Assembly: GCF_006345805.1 (NCBI RefSeq)
Contig: NC_043002.1
Span: forward strand, 86,428,001 to 86,492,000
DNA: 64,000 nucleotides
Source: Octopus sinensis
Lineage: Eukaryota
Direction of reading: 5' to 3'
Shown here: positions 62,370-64,000 of the stretch, in pieces
Layout of the letters: every line of letters starts with the position of its first letter
Numbering within the stretch: the stretch's first letter is position 1
The notes under the pieces: generated by a model
Database searches by the model: none
Told to the model about the DNA's origin: nothing
Seen by the model: the letters and a program-made list of their open reading frames with translations, nothing else
Made by a program: the position numbers and the translations under genes

Positions 62370-63205
62370 GTGTGAAATTGGTTTTCAAAGTTTCATTCAG
62401 GACTCTCATCAGACTTTGACCAAGATGCTTTAACAGAATTAGTGGGATTCAATCCTTGTAAAAGTACTCAGAAATTAGCAGTTGACCTCAACACATCCCA
62501 ATCCACTATCTGCTGCCACTTGGAAAAGCTAGGAAAAGTCAGCAAGCTGGGTGTTTGTGTTCCCCATACTCTTAATGAGAAGACTAGGGATGATCACATG
62601 TCCATAGTGACAAGTCTTCTTTCAAGGCAGAGAAATTACCTGTTTCTCGATAATAACATTAGAGGTAATGAAAAATGTTTTTTTTATGACAATGTTCAAT
62701 GCAAAAGGCAGTGGATTGACAAGGATAAATCTCCAAAACCTATTTCAAAGGCTGAGCTCTGTGGAAGAAAGGTTATGTTGTGTGTATGACAGGATCACCA
62801 CAGCATTATTCAGTTTGATTTTTCAAACCACAATCAAACACAAAATGACAACTTATACTCTCAACAGCTCAAATGTGTGCATGAAAATCTTTTAAGAAAA
62901 TGCCCTGCACTTGTCAATAGGAAAAATGTTGTGCTTCTCCATGATAATGCAAGACCACATTCAGCAACAATCACGCAGGATAAAATATTAAATTTGTGCT
63001 GGTCTGTTCTACCCCATCCACCATATTCACCGGACCTTTCACCAACTAATTCCCATCTTTTTTGCTCTCTACAAAATGGTCTGATGGGGGAAAAAAAATG
63101 TTCTCAAGAAGATGAAGTATGTGGAAAGTTTTTTCCTGTCAAAAAGCTACCTAATAAATGGCAAGAGGTTAATCAAAATAATGGCAATTATACTGATAAT
63201 TGAAA
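62370..63205 (+). mobile_element. mariner (DD34D-type) transposase remnant
   Basis: CVPHTL (WVPHEL-like), LLHDNARPH, HPPYSPDLSPTN; 34 residues between the D and the mutated third D (now N). Confidence 0.87.
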
Positions 63206-63247
63206 ATAATTCTTTGTAAAATTTTTTTCATGACTAAAGGTATTTAG

Positions 63248-63500
63248 TAGAGGTACGTGGCTTAGTGGTTAGGGTGTTGAACTCATGATCATAAGGTTGT
63301 GGTTTCGATTCCTGGACCGGGAGATGCATTGTGTTCTTGAGCAAAACACTTCATTTTCACATTGCTCCAGTCCACTCAGCTGGCAAAAATTAGTAATCCT
63401 GCGACGGACCGGTGTCCCATCCAGGTGGGGAATTTCTACACTACTGAAACCGGGAAACCAGCCCTTATGAGCCTGGCATGGCTCGAGAAGGAACATTTAT
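63248..63500 (+). mobile_element. SINE family B, well preserved
   Basis: GAGGTACGTGGCTTAGTGG A-box, GGTTTCGATTCC B-box, core, GGCTCGAGAAGG tail. Confidence 0.88.
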
Positions 63501-63519
63501 TTAAAGGTATTTAACAAAA

Positions 63520-64000
63520 TCAGAAATTATTTTTGACGCAACCCAATGCATTATATCCCATCTAGAAGGATATGCGTTCTTTATCCAGGAACAGGAGATA
63601 GCTATTAAATACTTGATAAACAAGAGAGATAGGAATGCCACCAAACCTCTACATTGTGGTAGAAAATATCAGTTCTGTCATATCAGTGTGGAAGATGTAA
63701 GCCACATCATTAGCAGTTGCCCCAAAATGTCTATAAAATACTATCTGCCCCTGAGGCATGATACAATCACAAAGTCTGTTTAGAACACTATCCACAGGAA
63801 GGATTACTCTGACATATACATCAAAGACATGTCAGAACCACACCTTTAAAAACAAGGAATATTGTGAACCACCCCAATAAAAGCAGCAATTCAGTGCAAG
63901 CTTAACAGGCCTGATATTATTCTGTGGGCCAGGGAACAAAAGTCATGCACTGTTGTAGAGGTCAGCTACTCAGTGGAAGTGAATGTACCATCAAGGATCA
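63520..64000 (+). mobile_element. R4/Dong-type remnant (zinc-knuckle to RLE region), runs off the window end
   Basis: IQEQEIA..EDVSHIISSCPKM..Y..RHD..; NRPDIILW..CTVVEVS. Confidence 0.75.

Overview
AT-rich, microsatellite- and transposon-dense eukaryotic genomic DNA; the SINE/LINE landscape suggests an octopod cephalopod (inference, not verified). Hidden among the repeats are two intron-rich, convergently transcribed coiled-coil genes that the ORF track misses. Gene 1 (+) has its last 3 coding exons here: 5694-5796, 13237-13280, 22299-22463. Gene 2 (-) has its last 9 coding exons here, from 60491 down to 28659. Their last three exons have identical lengths and phases (103 nt 0->1, 44 nt 1->0, 165 nt to stop), pointing to an ancient tail-to-tail paralog pair. 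Introns and the intergenic gap carry RTE, CR1, R4-type and Penelope-like retroelement remnants; a Mutator element with a 9-bp TSD; two Tc1-type elements (one with DD36E spacing); mariner and piggyBac remnants; TTAA MITEs; and many SINEs. Other notable items: a full-length U6 snRNA retrocopy fused at its U-tail to an RTE-type 3' tail, minimal hammerhead-ribozyme motifs (one in a tRNA-head composite element), several long fold-back inverted repeats, and a 2.34-kb tandem RTE duplication that may be a long-read assembly artefact. All calls were made by eye; no database search was run.
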